64,000 nt of DNA from Bacteroidota bacterium (lineage in GTDB: Bacteria; Bacteroidota; Bacteroidia; Flavobacteriales_F; PHOS-HE28). The position numbers were made by a program, and so were the translations under genes. The notes under the pieces were generated by a model. It saw only the letters and a list, made by a program, of their open reading frames with translations, was not told where the DNA came from and made no database searches. Of this stretch, positions 44,846 through 54,017 are shown in pieces. The stretch lies in contig JAFDZF010000120.1 of assembly GCA_018267055.1 (NCBI GenBank), forward strand, positions 4,416 to 68,415. Reading direction: 5' to 3'. Each line of letters opens with the position of its first letter. Position 1 is the stretch's first letter.

Positions 44846-46948
44846 ATGGAAAGAACAGTACCCTCTTCGCTCCTGTTCCTGCTCGCCGCACCGCTCTTCG
44901 CCGCCTCCGGCGGCCCCGACCAGTACGGCTACCGCTGGAAGGACAGCGATGAACCGGACGGCCCCGTGTACGACTGGGTCGACATCACCACCACCGGCCT
45001 CCAGCTCTTCGGCTTCGGCGACGACAACACGGTGGGCCCCTACATCCTGGAAGGCGACGCCCCCTTCTACTGGTACAGCGAGAAGCTGCTGTGGGTGGGC
45101 AGCAACGGCTACCTGGCCTTCAACGCCGGCAACATCGCGGCGGACTTCCCCTCCATCCCGCAGGCCGGCGGCACCAACAACTACATCGCGGGGTTCATGA
45201 CGGACCTCACCTTCCTCGGTGCGAACAACCCCGCGCGCTGCTTCATCGATGATGACTTCGCGCGCACCATCGTGTCGTACATCGACGTGCCGTTCTGGTC
45301 CGTCAGCGCGCCGGGCTACACCGGCAGCAACACGTTCCAGTTCATCATCGACAAGACGGACAGCACCATCACCGTGCAGTACCAGTCCACCACGGGCTTC
45401 TCGTCGAGCAATGGCCCCTTCATCGGCATCGAGAGCCTGACCGGCGACATCGGGCTGCAGCGCACGGCCAGCCTGTACCCGGCGGCGGGCTATGCGGTGC
45501 GCTTCTACAACCCCGCCGATCCCCTGCTGGACGTGCGGGACGCATCGGTGACCTGGGCCGGGGCCGACGGCACGCGGGGCATCTCCCTGCCCGTGAACGG
45601 CACCCTGCCGCTGGCGGCCGTGGTGCGCAACACCGGCAACCAGGACCTCGACGGGTTCTCCGCCACCAGCCGTGTGCTGAACGCGGCCGGCCAGACCATG
45701 GTGACCGAGACGGTGGCCGTGCCCGCGCTCTATGCCGGGCAGAGCTACCAGCTGCCGCTCACCACCTCGTTCGTCCCCTCCGGCCCGGGCACCTACCGGC
45801 ACGTGGTGTCCGTGACGGGCATCACCGATGAGTTCGTGTCGGCGAACAACACCTTGACGCGGGAGGTGGACGCGTACGACGTGACCCAGAACGTGATGAC
45901 CGTGGACTGGGCGGCGAACGGGGACGACGGTATCGGCATCGGCTGGAACGGCGGCAACGGTGGGGTGGGGGCCTACATCCTGCCCCCCTTCCATCCCTGC
46001 CAGGTCACCGGCACCACCATCCGCATCGCGAGCAACTTCGGCAATGCGGCCTTCACCATGAAGGTGTACGACGACGACGGCCCCGGCGGCGCGCCCGGCA
46101 CCCTGCTCGACAGCGTGATGGTGCCCGCCGCGAACGGGCAGACCGGCGACCACGTGTACCCCACCACGGCCCCCTTGCTCGTCACCAGCGGCGGCCTGTA
46201 CGTGGAGTGGTACATGATGGCGCCCGACGTCAGCATCGCCCAGGACGTCCAGGAGCCCTTCTCGCTGCAGAGCTATGAGGTGCTGCAGGGCGTGTGGGCG
46301 GCCTACCGCGACCGCGACATCGCGGACTTCCACCTGGGCCTGCGTGTGGAGCAGACCCCGTTCCACGATGCGGGCTGCTCGGGCGTGGTGGGTATCTCGC
46401 CAGGGCAGACGGTCTCGCAGCCCACCACGGTGACGACGCTGATCCGCAACTACGGCAACCTCGCCCTCACGAATGTGCCGGTGAACTACCGGTTCGCCGG
46501 CGGCCCCGTCACCTCCCAGACCTACACGGGACCGGCCATCATCCCCGGTGCCTCGGCGCTCTTCAGCTTCACCCAGCAGTTGCAGCCCTCCGCCACGGCC
46601 ACCGGCGACCTGTGCGTGTGGACCTCCCTGGCCGATGATGAGCACGACGAGAACGACAGCACCTGCTTCTCCATCGACGTGGTGGAGGGCCTGGAGGACC
46701 TCCTGCGCGTGGACGTCACCCTTGCGCCCAACCCGGTGCGGGACGAGCTGCGGGTCGCCGGGCTTCCCGCCGGGCGCATGGAGGTGGAGGTCTTCGACGC
46801 ACGGGGCGCCCGCGTTCCCGTGGAACGGATGGGAACGGCCCCGGGCACCCTGCGGCTGGATACGCAGGCCCTGCCCGATGGCCCCTACCTGTTGCGGGTA
46901 CGGACGAGCGACCGCCTCGCCACGGCCCGCTTCGTGGTGCAGCATTGA
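44846..46948 (+). CDS. large T9SS-sorted surface protein, function unknown
   Basis: ATG 44846 gives the signal peptide MERTVPSSLLFLLAAPLFAA. The N-terminal GGPDQYGYRWKDSDEPDGPVYDWVDI motif is followed by several Ig/CARDB-like beta segments. The CTD is LAPNPVRDELRV...GPYLLRVRTSDRLATARFVVQH. Confidence 0.75.
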   Translation: MERTVPSSLLFLLAAPLFAASGGPDQYGYRWKDSDEPDGPVYDWVDITTTGLQLFGFGDDNTVGPYILEGDAPFYWYSEKLLWVGSNGYLAFNAGNIAADFPSIPQAGGTNNYIAGFMTDLTFLGANNPARCFIDDDFARTIVSYIDVPFWSVSAPGYTGSNTFQFIIDKTDSTITVQYQSTTGFSSSNGPFIGIESLTGDIGLQRTASLYPAAGYAVRFYNPADPLLDVRDASVTWAGADGTRGISLPVNGTLPLAAVVRNTGNQDLDGFSATSRVLNAAGQTMVTETVAVPALYAGQSYQLPLTTSFVPSGPGTYRHVVSVTGITDEFVSANNTLTREVDAYDVTQNVMTVDWAANGDDGIGIGWNGGNGGVGAYILPPFHPCQVTGTTIRIASNFGNAAFTMKVYDDDGPGGAPGTLLDSVMVPAANGQTGDHVYPTTAPLLVTSGGLYVEWYMMAPDVSIAQDVQEPFSLQSYEVLQGVWAAYRDRDIADFHLGLRVEQTPFHDAGCSGVVGISPGQTVSQPTTVTTLIRNYGNLALTNVPVNYRFAGGPVTSQTYTGPAIIPGASALFSFTQQLQPSATATGDLCVWTSLADDEHDENDSTCFSIDVVEGLEDLLRVDVTLAPNPVRDELRVAGLPAGRMEVEVFDARGARVPVERMGTAPGTLRLDTQALPDGPYLLRVRTSDRLATARFVVQH

Positions 46949-46962
46949 CCGCCCTGGGGCGG

Positions 46963-46998
46963 GGAAGGCGCGAAGGCTAACTTCGCGCCTTCCTTTTT
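46963..46998 (+). terminator. intrinsic terminator
   Basis: GGAAGGCGCGAAG-GCTAA-CTTCGCGCCTTCC followed by TTTTT. It lies 15 nt after the stop at 46948. Confidence 0.75.
46978..46985 (+). promoter_or_regulatory. -7-like box TAACTTCG for the skp-like/OstA-like operon
   Basis: It lies 22 nt upstream of the ATG at 47008. It is embedded in the loop and 3' arm of the 46963-46998 terminator hairpin. Confidence 0.45.
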
Positions 46999-47007
46999 CC
47001 CACCCCC

Positions 47008-47664
47008 ATGTCGAAGAGGTCCCTGGTGCTGCTGGTCATATGGAACGTGCTCCTCAGCGGCGCGTTCATCTGGATGGCCGTACGGCCGAAAGCCTCGGCG
47101 GATGCCGGTCCCTCCTCCGTTCTCTTGGGCGACACGTCCGTGAAGGCCGTGGTGGTGCCCCGCGACACCGCCGGGCTGCGCAGCGGCCGCATCGCCTTCT
47201 TCTTCATGGACTCGGTGCAGTCGCGCTTCGAGCTGGTGAAGGAGAGCGCGGACCGCGTGCGCAACGAGGGCCGTCGGCTGGAGGGCGACCTGCAGAAAGA
47301 GATGCAGAAGGCCCAGGCGCGCTATGCCGAGCTGATGAACAAGGACCACACCTACAGCACCCAGGCCGAGCTGAGCGCCGACAAGGAGGAGCTGGACAAG
47401 CTCGGTGCCCGCATCCAGCAGCTGCGCTCCGATTCGCAGGACCGCCTGGACGAGATGCAGATGCACATGCTGCAGACGATCACCCTGGAGATCCAGAACT
47501 ACCTGGAGGAGTACAACAGGACGGCCCGCTTCGACTACATCTTCAGCATCCAGGAAGGCGGCCAGATCTGGGTGGGCAACAAGGGGCTGGACATCACCGC
47601 GGACGTGGTGGGCGGCCTGAACCAGCGGCACCAGGCCAGGAAGGCCGCTCCCGCGAAGCCGTGA
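47008..47664 (+). CDS. OmpH/Skp-family periplasmic chaperone
   Basis: N-terminal anchor. A long coiled region (ESADRVRNEGRRLEGDLQKEMQKAQARYAELM...) is followed by the terminal ...YIFSIQEGGQIWVGNKGLDITADVVGGLN typical of OmpH. Confidence 0.75.
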   Translation: MSKRSLVLLVIWNVLLSGAFIWMAVRPKASADAGPSSVLLGDTSVKAVVVPRDTAGLRSGRIAFFFMDSVQSRFELVKESADRVRNEGRRLEGDLQKEMQKAQARYAELMNKDHTYSTQAELSADKEELDKLGARIQQLRSDSQDRLDEMQMHMLQTITLEIQNYLEEYNRTARFDYIFSIQEGGQIWVGNKGLDITADVVGGLNQRHQARKAAPAKP

Positions 47665-47702
47665 CCGCCGGGCGGCAGGCCCTTGGCCCGATCTTCGCTG
47701 GG

Positions 47703-49265
47703 ATGCCTGCACCGATGGCGCGCTGCTTCGCTCTGTTCCGTTGGGCCGTCGTGCTCCTGGGCCTGTTCGGCGGGGGAACATCCTCCGCGCAAAGCACCGC
47801 GCGGGAAGGCGCCCGCATCGAGATCCTCAACGCCGACCGCTGGGAATACGACGACAAGCTGGCGAAGGGTGCACAGCGCCTGCTCGGCAACGTGCGCTTC
47901 AAGCACCAGGACGCGGTGATGCAATGCGACAGCGCCTACCTGTTCGAGGACGAGCACGTGGAGGCCTATGGCCGCGTGCGCATCCAGCAGGGCGATACGC
48001 TGACGATCACCGGTGAGCGCTTGACCTATACGGGCCATGACCGCCGGGCGGTGATCACCGGTGATGTGCACCTGCGCGATCCGGGCATGGAGCTCACCAC
48101 CGACGCGCTCACCTACGACCTGCGTGCGAACACCGCCGTGTACACCACCGGCGCCCGCATCGTGGGCACCCGCGACGGCAACACCCTCACCAGCCGCAAT
48201 GGCTCGTACATCGCCGGCGCGCACCGCTTCATCTTCAGCGGCGACGTGGTGCTGGACCATCCCGAGCGGCGCATCGAGGCCGACACTCTGCACTACACCA
48301 CCACCACGGGCATCGCCGATTTCCTCGGGCCCACGCGCATCACCCAGGGCGAGGCGCGCATGTGGTGCGAGCGCGGCAGCTACGACACCCGCACGGAGCG
48401 CGGACGCTTCACCCGCGCGGCCCGGATCGTGAGCGAAGGGCAGGAGCTGCGCGGTGACAGCCTGCACTACGACCGCCGCTCCGGCGAAGGGCTGGCCTGG
48501 GGCCATGTGGCGGTGATCGACACGGCCAACGACCTCCTGGTCCGCGGCGACCGCGGCCGCTACCTGCAGCACGACCGACGCTCCACGGTGACCGGCCGGG
48601 CCGAGCTGGTGATGCGGATGGGCGAGGACTCGCTGCACCTGCACGCCGATACGCTCTTCGCCTTCCAGGACAGCAGCGCCGGCCGCCGGATCGTCGCGCG
48701 GCGCGGGGTGCGCTTCTTCAAGGACGACCTGCAGGGCGTGTGCGATACGATGACCTACGTGGAACGCGACAGCTTGATTAGCCTCATCGCCTCGCCCTTC
48801 CTGTGGAGCGGCAAGGACCAGATCAGCGGCCGCCTGATCCGCATCACCCTGCGCGACGGCCGTGCCCACCGCCTGTTCGTGGACGGCGATGCCTTCCTCT
48901 CCGCGCAGGCGGATTCCGTGCATTTCGACCAGGTCACCGGCACCACGCTCACGGGCTTCTTCCACGCGGACGCCCTGAAGCAGCTCATCGCGGACGGCAA
49001 CTGCCGCACGGCCTATTTCGCCCGGGAGAAGAAGGAGGAGGTGGAACGGCTCGTGGGCTTGAACCGGGCGGATTGCAGCCGCATCGTGGTGGCCCTGGAC
49101 AGCGGGGAGGTGGAGGCCATCACCTTCATCACCCAGCCCGATGCCACGCTCTATCCCCTGGCGAAAGCGCCGCCCGATGAGCTGCGCCTGAAGGGCTTCG
49201 TGTGGAACGCGGCGGACCGCCCGCGCGACCGCGCTTCGATCTTCGAACGGCCCGTGGCGGAATGA
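47703..49265 (+). CDS. OstA-like (LptA/LptD-N-like beta-jellyroll repeat) periplasmic protein
   Basis: Signal peptide ...LLGLFGGGTSSAQS. The protein carries repeated segments of the type 'L.GNV.F.H.D..M.CDSAY' and 'GDV.L..P....ADTL.Y'. An alternative ATG lies at 47715. Confidence 0.7.
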   Translation: MPAPMARCFALFRWAVVLLGLFGGGTSSAQSTAREGARIEILNADRWEYDDKLAKGAQRLLGNVRFKHQDAVMQCDSAYLFEDEHVEAYGRVRIQQGDTLTITGERLTYTGHDRRAVITGDVHLRDPGMELTTDALTYDLRANTAVYTTGARIVGTRDGNTLTSRNGSYIAGAHRFIFSGDVVLDHPERRIEADTLHYTTTTGIADFLGPTRITQGEARMWCERGSYDTRTERGRFTRAARIVSEGQELRGDSLHYDRRSGEGLAWGHVAVIDTANDLLVRGDRGRYLQHDRRSTVTGRAELVMRMGEDSLHLHADTLFAFQDSSAGRRIVARRGVRFFKDDLQGVCDTMTYVERDSLISLIASPFLWSGKDQISGRLIRITLRDGRAHRLFVDGDAFLSAQADSVHFDQVTGTTLTGFFHADALKQLIADGNCRTAYFAREKKEEVERLVGLNRADCSRIVVALDSGEVEAITFITQPDATLYPLAKAPPDELRLKGFVWNAADRPRDRASIFERPVAE

Positions 49266-49288
49266 GCCCGCGGTCGGTCGGGGAACAC

Positions 49289-49296
49289 TAGCTTCA
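49289..49296 (+). promoter_or_regulatory. -7-like box TAGCTTCA for the GNAT gene
   Basis: It lies 4 nt upstream of the ATG at 49301. Confidence 0.4.
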
Positions 49297-49300
49297 ACCC

Positions 49301-49882
49301 ATGCCGACGCGGTCCACCTATGCCTGGCGGCCGCTCACCGCGCGCGACTGGGGCGTGCTGGAGGAGCTTTTCGGGCCCCGCGGGGCCTGCGGCGGATGCT
49401 GGTGCATGGTGTGGCGGTCGCCCTCGCGCAAGGCGTTCGAGGAGGGCCAGGGGGAGGAGAACCGCGCCGCCTTCAAGCGCATCGCTGCGCAGGACCCTTC
49501 GCCCGGCGTGCTGCTCTTCGCCCCCGGCGACGACCGGGCCGTCGGCTGGTGCTCGGTAGGCCCGCGTGCGGCCTTCCCCGCGCTGGAACGCTCCCGCGTG
49601 CTCAAGCCCCTCGACGACGTGGACGTGTGGTCCATCACCTGCTTCTACGTGCGCAAGGACCATCGCCGCCAGGGGCTGATGGTGGAGCTGCTGCATGCGG
49701 CGGCCGCATACGTGAGGAGCCGGGGTGGCCGCTGGCTGGAAGGCTATCCCGTGCGGCCCTACAGCGACCGGATGCCTGCGGCCTTCGCCTGGACGGGCCT
49801 CCTCCAGGCCTTCCTGGACGCGGGCTTCCACGAGGCCGGCCGCCACAGCGATGCGCGCCCGATCATGCGGAGGAAGGTGTAG
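49301..49882 (+). CDS. GNAT-family N-acetyltransferase
   Basis: 193 aa. FYVRKDHRRQGLMVELLHAAAAYVRSRG matches the acetyl-CoA-binding R/Q-x-x-G-x-G/A motif region. Confidence 0.75.
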   Translation: MPTRSTYAWRPLTARDWGVLEELFGPRGACGGCWCMVWRSPSRKAFEEGQGEENRAAFKRIAAQDPSPGVLLFAPGDDRAVGWCSVGPRAAFPALERSRVLKPLDDVDVWSITCFYVRKDHRRQGLMVELLHAAAAYVRSRGGRWLEGYPVRPYSDRMPAAFAWTGLLQAFLDAGFHEAGRHSDARPIMRRKV

Positions 49883-49908
49883 GCCATATTCCGCCGGCCC
49901 GGCGGATG

Positions 49909-50496
49909 CTACTCGCCCACGTACCGCACGAAGTCGGGCAGCGGCTTGCGGTAGCCCTTGGGCCACTCGATGGCAGGATAGCCGATGTAGAACAGGCCGA
50001 GGCACTGGTCCTCTTCGCCGAGCCCCAGGAAGTCGCGCATGCCCGTGCCGGTGATGGCCGCCCCCGTGCTCCAGAAGCCGCCGAGGCCGTAGGCCGTGCA
50101 GGTGAGGTGCATGTTCTGCACCGCGCAGGCCACCGACAGCTGCTCCTCGAGCAGCGGGATCTTCCGATTGGGATCGCGGGCGAGGCCGAGCGCGATGGCC
50201 ACGGAGCTCTGCAGTGGCCGTTGGGTGTGGTTCTCGTACTTCTTCTGCAGGAACTTCTCCGGCGGGGTCAGCCGGCGGTATTCCTCGCCGAGGAAGTGGG
50301 AGAGGCGCTCGCGCCCGGCCCCGGTGAACACCGTGAAGCGCCAGGGCTGGGTCATGCCGTGGCTCGGCGCCCATACCGCATTGCCCAGCACCCGGTCGAT
50401 GATGTCGCGCTGGACCTCGCGCGGGGTGTAGTCCTTCGGCTGGATGGTCCGCCGGTCATGGATGATCTCGGTGATCTCGCTCACGCTGTACCGCAT
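49909..50496 (-). CDS. nitroreductase-family flavoprotein
   Basis: ATG 50496 gives MRYSVSEITEIIHDRRTIQPKDY...GNAVWAPSHGMTQPWRF, a typical nitroreductase N-terminus. The C-terminal segment is GLGGFWSTG...IGYP. Confidence 0.85.
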   Translation of the reverse strand: MRYSVSEITEIIHDRRTIQPKDYTPREVQRDIIDRVLGNAVWAPSHGMTQPWRFTVFTGAGRERLSHFLGEEYRRLTPPEKFLQKKYENHTQRPLQSSVAIALGLARDPNRKIPLLEEQLSVACAVQNMHLTCTAYGLGGFWSTGAAITGTGMRDFLGLGEEDQCLGLFYIGYPAIEWPKGYRKPLPDFVRYVGE

Positions 50497-50609
50497 CGTT
50501 GAAGCTTCAAGGGTGGCGCAAAGAGAGGACAAAAGCGCGCGCGCCGGTACGGGAAAAGGCAGCGATCCGCCCAAGGTGGTTGTCTTACTTTGCATCAAAC
50601 ACACCTGAA

Positions 50610-51650
50610 ATGACCTGGAACCGTTACGCCCTGCTCCCGGCCCTGGGCACGCTGGCCTCGCTGGCCGGCGCGCAGTCCCTTTCCTCGCCCGGCAATGTGC
50701 CGGTGGTCGGCTCGTCCTTCCTCGTGCACACGGCGGCCTACGCGGCCCCCCCTGCCGCAGGTCCCGACCAGCTGTTCGATTACCAGTCGCTCGTGGGCAC
50801 CGGCACGGCCACCTACAGCTGGATCTCCCCCTCGGCCTACTCGAACCCTGCGGCCTTCCCCACGGCCCAGATGGCGGTGACCACGGGCGGTCCGGACACC
50901 CTTTTCTACCGGAACACGGCGACGGGCCTGGAGAAGGTGGGTGAGCGACGCGTCTACCTCGGCACCTATACGGTGGAGGCGGCCTTCAGCGACGGGGCCC
51001 TGGAGCTGAAGCTGCCCCTGGCCTATGCCGACACCTGGACGGATGCCATCGCCGGCACCTTCAACATCGATGGCAACCCGGCGGTGCGCTCGGGCAGCGT
51101 CACCGGCGTGGCCGACGCGACGGGCCATGTGCACCTGCCCGGCGGCTCCATCACGCACGTGCTCCGTGTGCGTACCCGCGTAAGCGAGACCACCACCTTC
51201 AACCCGGGCCTTCCCATCACCGTGACCCACAAGCGCACGGAGTACGCCTACTACACCCCGTTCCTCAAGGCCCCCGTGGTACGGGTCTATGGCGATACCC
51301 TCACCTCGTCCATCAATGTGAACCAGACCACGTCGGGCATCGAATGGCTGGACGATGCGGCCCTGGGCACCAGCGACCGCACCGCCGATGCCTTCGGCCT
51401 GTCGCTCTTCCCCAACCCCGCGAACACGGCGGTGGACCTGACCTACCTCACGCTGGGCACGGCGCGCATGATGGTGGAGGTGACCGACGTGCGCGGGGCG
51501 GTGGTCCTGCGGAAGGACCTCGGTAGCCGCAGCGCCTCGATGCAGCGGGAACGCCTCGACGTGGGCGCGCTCCGGCCGGGCCTCTACCAGGTGACGCTGA
51601 CCGATGCCCAAGGGGCGCACAGCATGCAGCGCCTTTCCATCGCGCGCTGA
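50610..51650 (+). CDS. T9SS-sorted hypothetical protein (paralogue A)
   Basis: ATG 50610 gives the signal peptide MTWNRYALLPALGTLASLAGAQ. The CTD is LFPNPANTAVDLTY...GLYQVTLTDAQGAHSMQRLSIAR. Confidence 0.75.
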   Translation: MTWNRYALLPALGTLASLAGAQSLSSPGNVPVVGSSFLVHTAAYAAPPAAGPDQLFDYQSLVGTGTATYSWISPSAYSNPAAFPTAQMAVTTGGPDTLFYRNTATGLEKVGERRVYLGTYTVEAAFSDGALELKLPLAYADTWTDAIAGTFNIDGNPAVRSGSVTGVADATGHVHLPGGSITHVLRVRTRVSETTTFNPGLPITVTHKRTEYAYYTPFLKAPVVRVYGDTLTSSINVNQTTSGIEWLDDAALGTSDRTADAFGLSLFPNPANTAVDLTYLTLGTARMMVEVTDVRGAVVLRKDLGSRSASMQRERLDVGALRPGLYQVTLTDAQGAHSMQRLSIAR

Positions 51651-51670
51651 TCCGACCTGCTCTCGACGGA

Positions 51671-51699
51671 AAAGCCCCGGCCGCGTGCCGGGGCTTTTT
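51671..51699 (+). terminator. intrinsic terminator
   Basis: AAA-GCCCCGGC-CGCGT-GCCGGGGC-TTTTT. It lies 21 nt after the stop at 51650. Confidence 0.8.
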
Positions 51700-51806
51700 G
51701 TTGTGGGGCCATCGGGATACCGCTCTTCCCATGGACGTTCCGGTCATCCCCTCCAGGGCGTTCGCACCTGCGATCCGGTTATTTTCAGGCATCCATCACC
51801 CGTCCC

Positions 51807-52820
51807 ATGCAACCATCATTTCTACTCCCGCTCCCGTTCATCCTGCTGACCGCACCGCTGCTCGCCCAGCCGACGATGACCGCGGCCGATGCGCCGCACA
51901 TCGGGCAAGCCTATACGTTCGTGATCGGCAACTACATGCTCATCACGGCCTCGGGGGAGAACGTCACCTGGGACCTGACCGACGCCGGTGATGGCGGCAC
52001 CCTGGGCGTGACCATGGTGGACCCGTCCAGCACCTCCGCCGGTGCGCTCTTCCTGGATGCCGACCTCGCCTGGGTATCGCCCGGGCAGGTGGATTTCATG
52101 CGCATCGATGCGGATGGGCTCTATGCGAACGGGGCCTACCTCCCCGCGAGCGACATCGTGGTCCATTACACCGATGAATACATCAGCCTGCCCTATCCCT
52201 GCACGTACAATACGGCGTTCACCGACCCTTACGTCTCCGTCTATGAGGTGCAGGGTCAGCCGGTGACCAGCAACGGGGTGGAGACCTTCGCGGCCGATGG
52301 CTACGGCGACCTCGTGCTGCCCTGGGGCACGGTGCACAACGTGCTCAAGGTGAAGGTGACCACCGATGCCCACGACCTCTTCAACGGAAGCGACTACCAT
52401 TCCGTGGTCTCGAACGTGTTCTTCTACCGCCCGGGGCTGAGCATCTACCTGTTGAACGCGACCGATTTCACCCTGTCCGTCGACGATGTGCCGGTGCAGC
52501 AAACGCAGGCGCTGAACTACCTCTCCGAGGCGTCGGTGGGGGTGGAGGACGCGAAGTGGCAGGAGATCGGGGTGGACGTGTTCCCCGTGCCGGCGCACGA
52601 CCGCTTGAGCGTGGTCTTCGGCCTGGCCGGTGCGCGGAGCGGGGCGATCGACCTGTTCGATGCCACGGGTCAGGCCGTGCGTTCGGTCGCCATCGGCACC
52701 CGGGTCGCGGGGATCCAGCGGGCGGACATGGACGTGTCGGGCCTGGCCGCCGGCGTGTACCTGCTGCGGGTGACGGATGACCACGGCCAGCGCGGCACGC
52801 GCCAGGTGGTGCTGGAGTAG
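51807..52820 (+). CDS. T9SS-sorted hypothetical protein (paralogue B)
   Basis: Signal peptide MQPSFLLPLPFILLTAPLLAQ. The CTD is VFPVPAHDRLSVVF...GVYLLRVTDDHGQRGTRQVVLE. It shares internal landmarks with the preceding gene (LPL.Y..TWTD / LPYPCTYNTAFTD; G.V.LP.G.I.HVL.V / GDLVLPWGTVHNVLKV). Confidence 0.75.
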   Translation: MQPSFLLPLPFILLTAPLLAQPTMTAADAPHIGQAYTFVIGNYMLITASGENVTWDLTDAGDGGTLGVTMVDPSSTSAGALFLDADLAWVSPGQVDFMRIDADGLYANGAYLPASDIVVHYTDEYISLPYPCTYNTAFTDPYVSVYEVQGQPVTSNGVETFAADGYGDLVLPWGTVHNVLKVKVTTDAHDLFNGSDYHSVVSNVFFYRPGLSIYLLNATDFTLSVDDVPVQQTQALNYLSEASVGVEDAKWQEIGVDVFPVPAHDRLSVVFGLAGARSGAIDLFDATGQAVRSVAIGTRVAGIQRADMDVSGLAAGVYLLRVTDDHGQRGTRQVVLE

Positions 52821-52856
52821 GACGACCGCCGACCGAGGACCCCGTGCACGCGGCGC

Positions 52857-52864
52857 TACTTTTG
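52857..52864 (+). promoter_or_regulatory. -7 box TACTTTTG for the VWA/AAA+ operon
   Basis: Perfect TAnnTTTG, 8 nt upstream of the ATG at 52873. Confidence 0.55.
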
Positions 52865-52872
52865 TACCGCCC

Positions 52873-53967
52873 ATGCTCGGTGTCCGCTTCGCGAAATACG
52901 TTCTGCCCCGGGACGATCGCGGCCCCTTCGAACGGCTTCTTCCCCTTTTCCTCGAGCTGCTCACCCACACCAGCGGTGACGTGGACGAGGCGCTGGACTG
53001 GATGCGGCAGATCGACGAGGAGCGCGGCCTGTTCCCGGAGGGCTACACCCTGAAGGACTTCACGGACGACCTGCGCAGGCACGGCATCATCGGCGACCGC
53101 CCCACGCGCGGGCCGGGCACGGGCCTTACGGCAAAGGGCGAACAGCTGATCCGCCAGCGCGCGCTGGACCAGGTGTTCGGCCAGCTGAAGAAGAGCGACC
53201 GCGGCGACCACGGGCTCCGGCGTTCCGGGCAGGGCGACGAATCCACCAGCGACCGGCGGGGCTACCGCTTCGGCGACCGCATCGAGCAGGTGGCGATGAC
53301 CGACAGCATCCGCAATGCCCAGCAGCGCGGCGGCATCGATGAGCTGCGGCTGAGCGAGGACGACCTGGAGGTGGTGGAGACCGAGCACCAGAGCGCCTGC
53401 GCCACCGTGCTGATGCTCGACATCAGCCACAGCATGGTGCTCTATGGCGAGGACCGCATCACGCCGGCGAAGAAGGTGGCCATGGCGCTGGCCGAGCTGA
53501 TCGCGCGCCGCTACCCGAAGGACACGCTCGACATCGTGGTGTTCGGCAACGACGCCTGGCAGGTGGACCTGCGCGACCTGCCCTACCTGCAGGTCGGGCC
53601 CTTCCACACCAACACCGTGGCCGGGCTCGAGCTCGCGATGGACATCCTGCGGCGCCGCAAGCTGCGCAACCGCCGCATCGTGATGATCACCGACGGCAAG
53701 CCCAGCTGCATCAAGCGGGACGGCGAGTACTACATGAACAGCGTGGGCCTGGACGACCTGATCGTGGGCCGCACGCTGGACGCGGCGGTGCGCGCACGGA
53801 AAGCGGGCATCCCCATCACCACGTTCATGATCGCGCAGGACCCCTACCTGCAGCGCTTCATCGAGCGGTTCACCGAGGCCAACCAGGGCCGCGCATTCTA
53901 CACCGGCCTGAAAGGATTGGCCGATATGGTCTTCCGCGACCACGACAGCGGACGAAAAGCCTCCTGA
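52873..53967 (+). CDS. von Willebrand factor A (VWA) domain protein
   Basis: ATG 52873. The MIDAS motif is VLMLDISHSM (DxSxS), with a downstream T (FHTNT) and D (MITDGKPS). Confidence 0.85.
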   Translation: MLGVRFAKYVLPRDDRGPFERLLPLFLELLTHTSGDVDEALDWMRQIDEERGLFPEGYTLKDFTDDLRRHGIIGDRPTRGPGTGLTAKGEQLIRQRALDQVFGQLKKSDRGDHGLRRSGQGDESTSDRRGYRFGDRIEQVAMTDSIRNAQQRGGIDELRLSEDDLEVVETEHQSACATVLMLDISHSMVLYGEDRITPAKKVAMALAELIARRYPKDTLDIVVFGNDAWQVDLRDLPYLQVGPFHTNTVAGLELAMDILRRRKLRNRRIVMITDGKPSCIKRDGEYYMNSVGLDDLIVGRTLDAAVRARKAGIPITTFMIAQDPYLQRFIERFTEANQGRAFYTGLKGLADMVFRDHDSGRKAS

Positions 53968-54017
53968 TCCCATCCCCCTGGCGCCCGGTGCTCCCGGGAC
54001 CGACCACCCCACGACGC

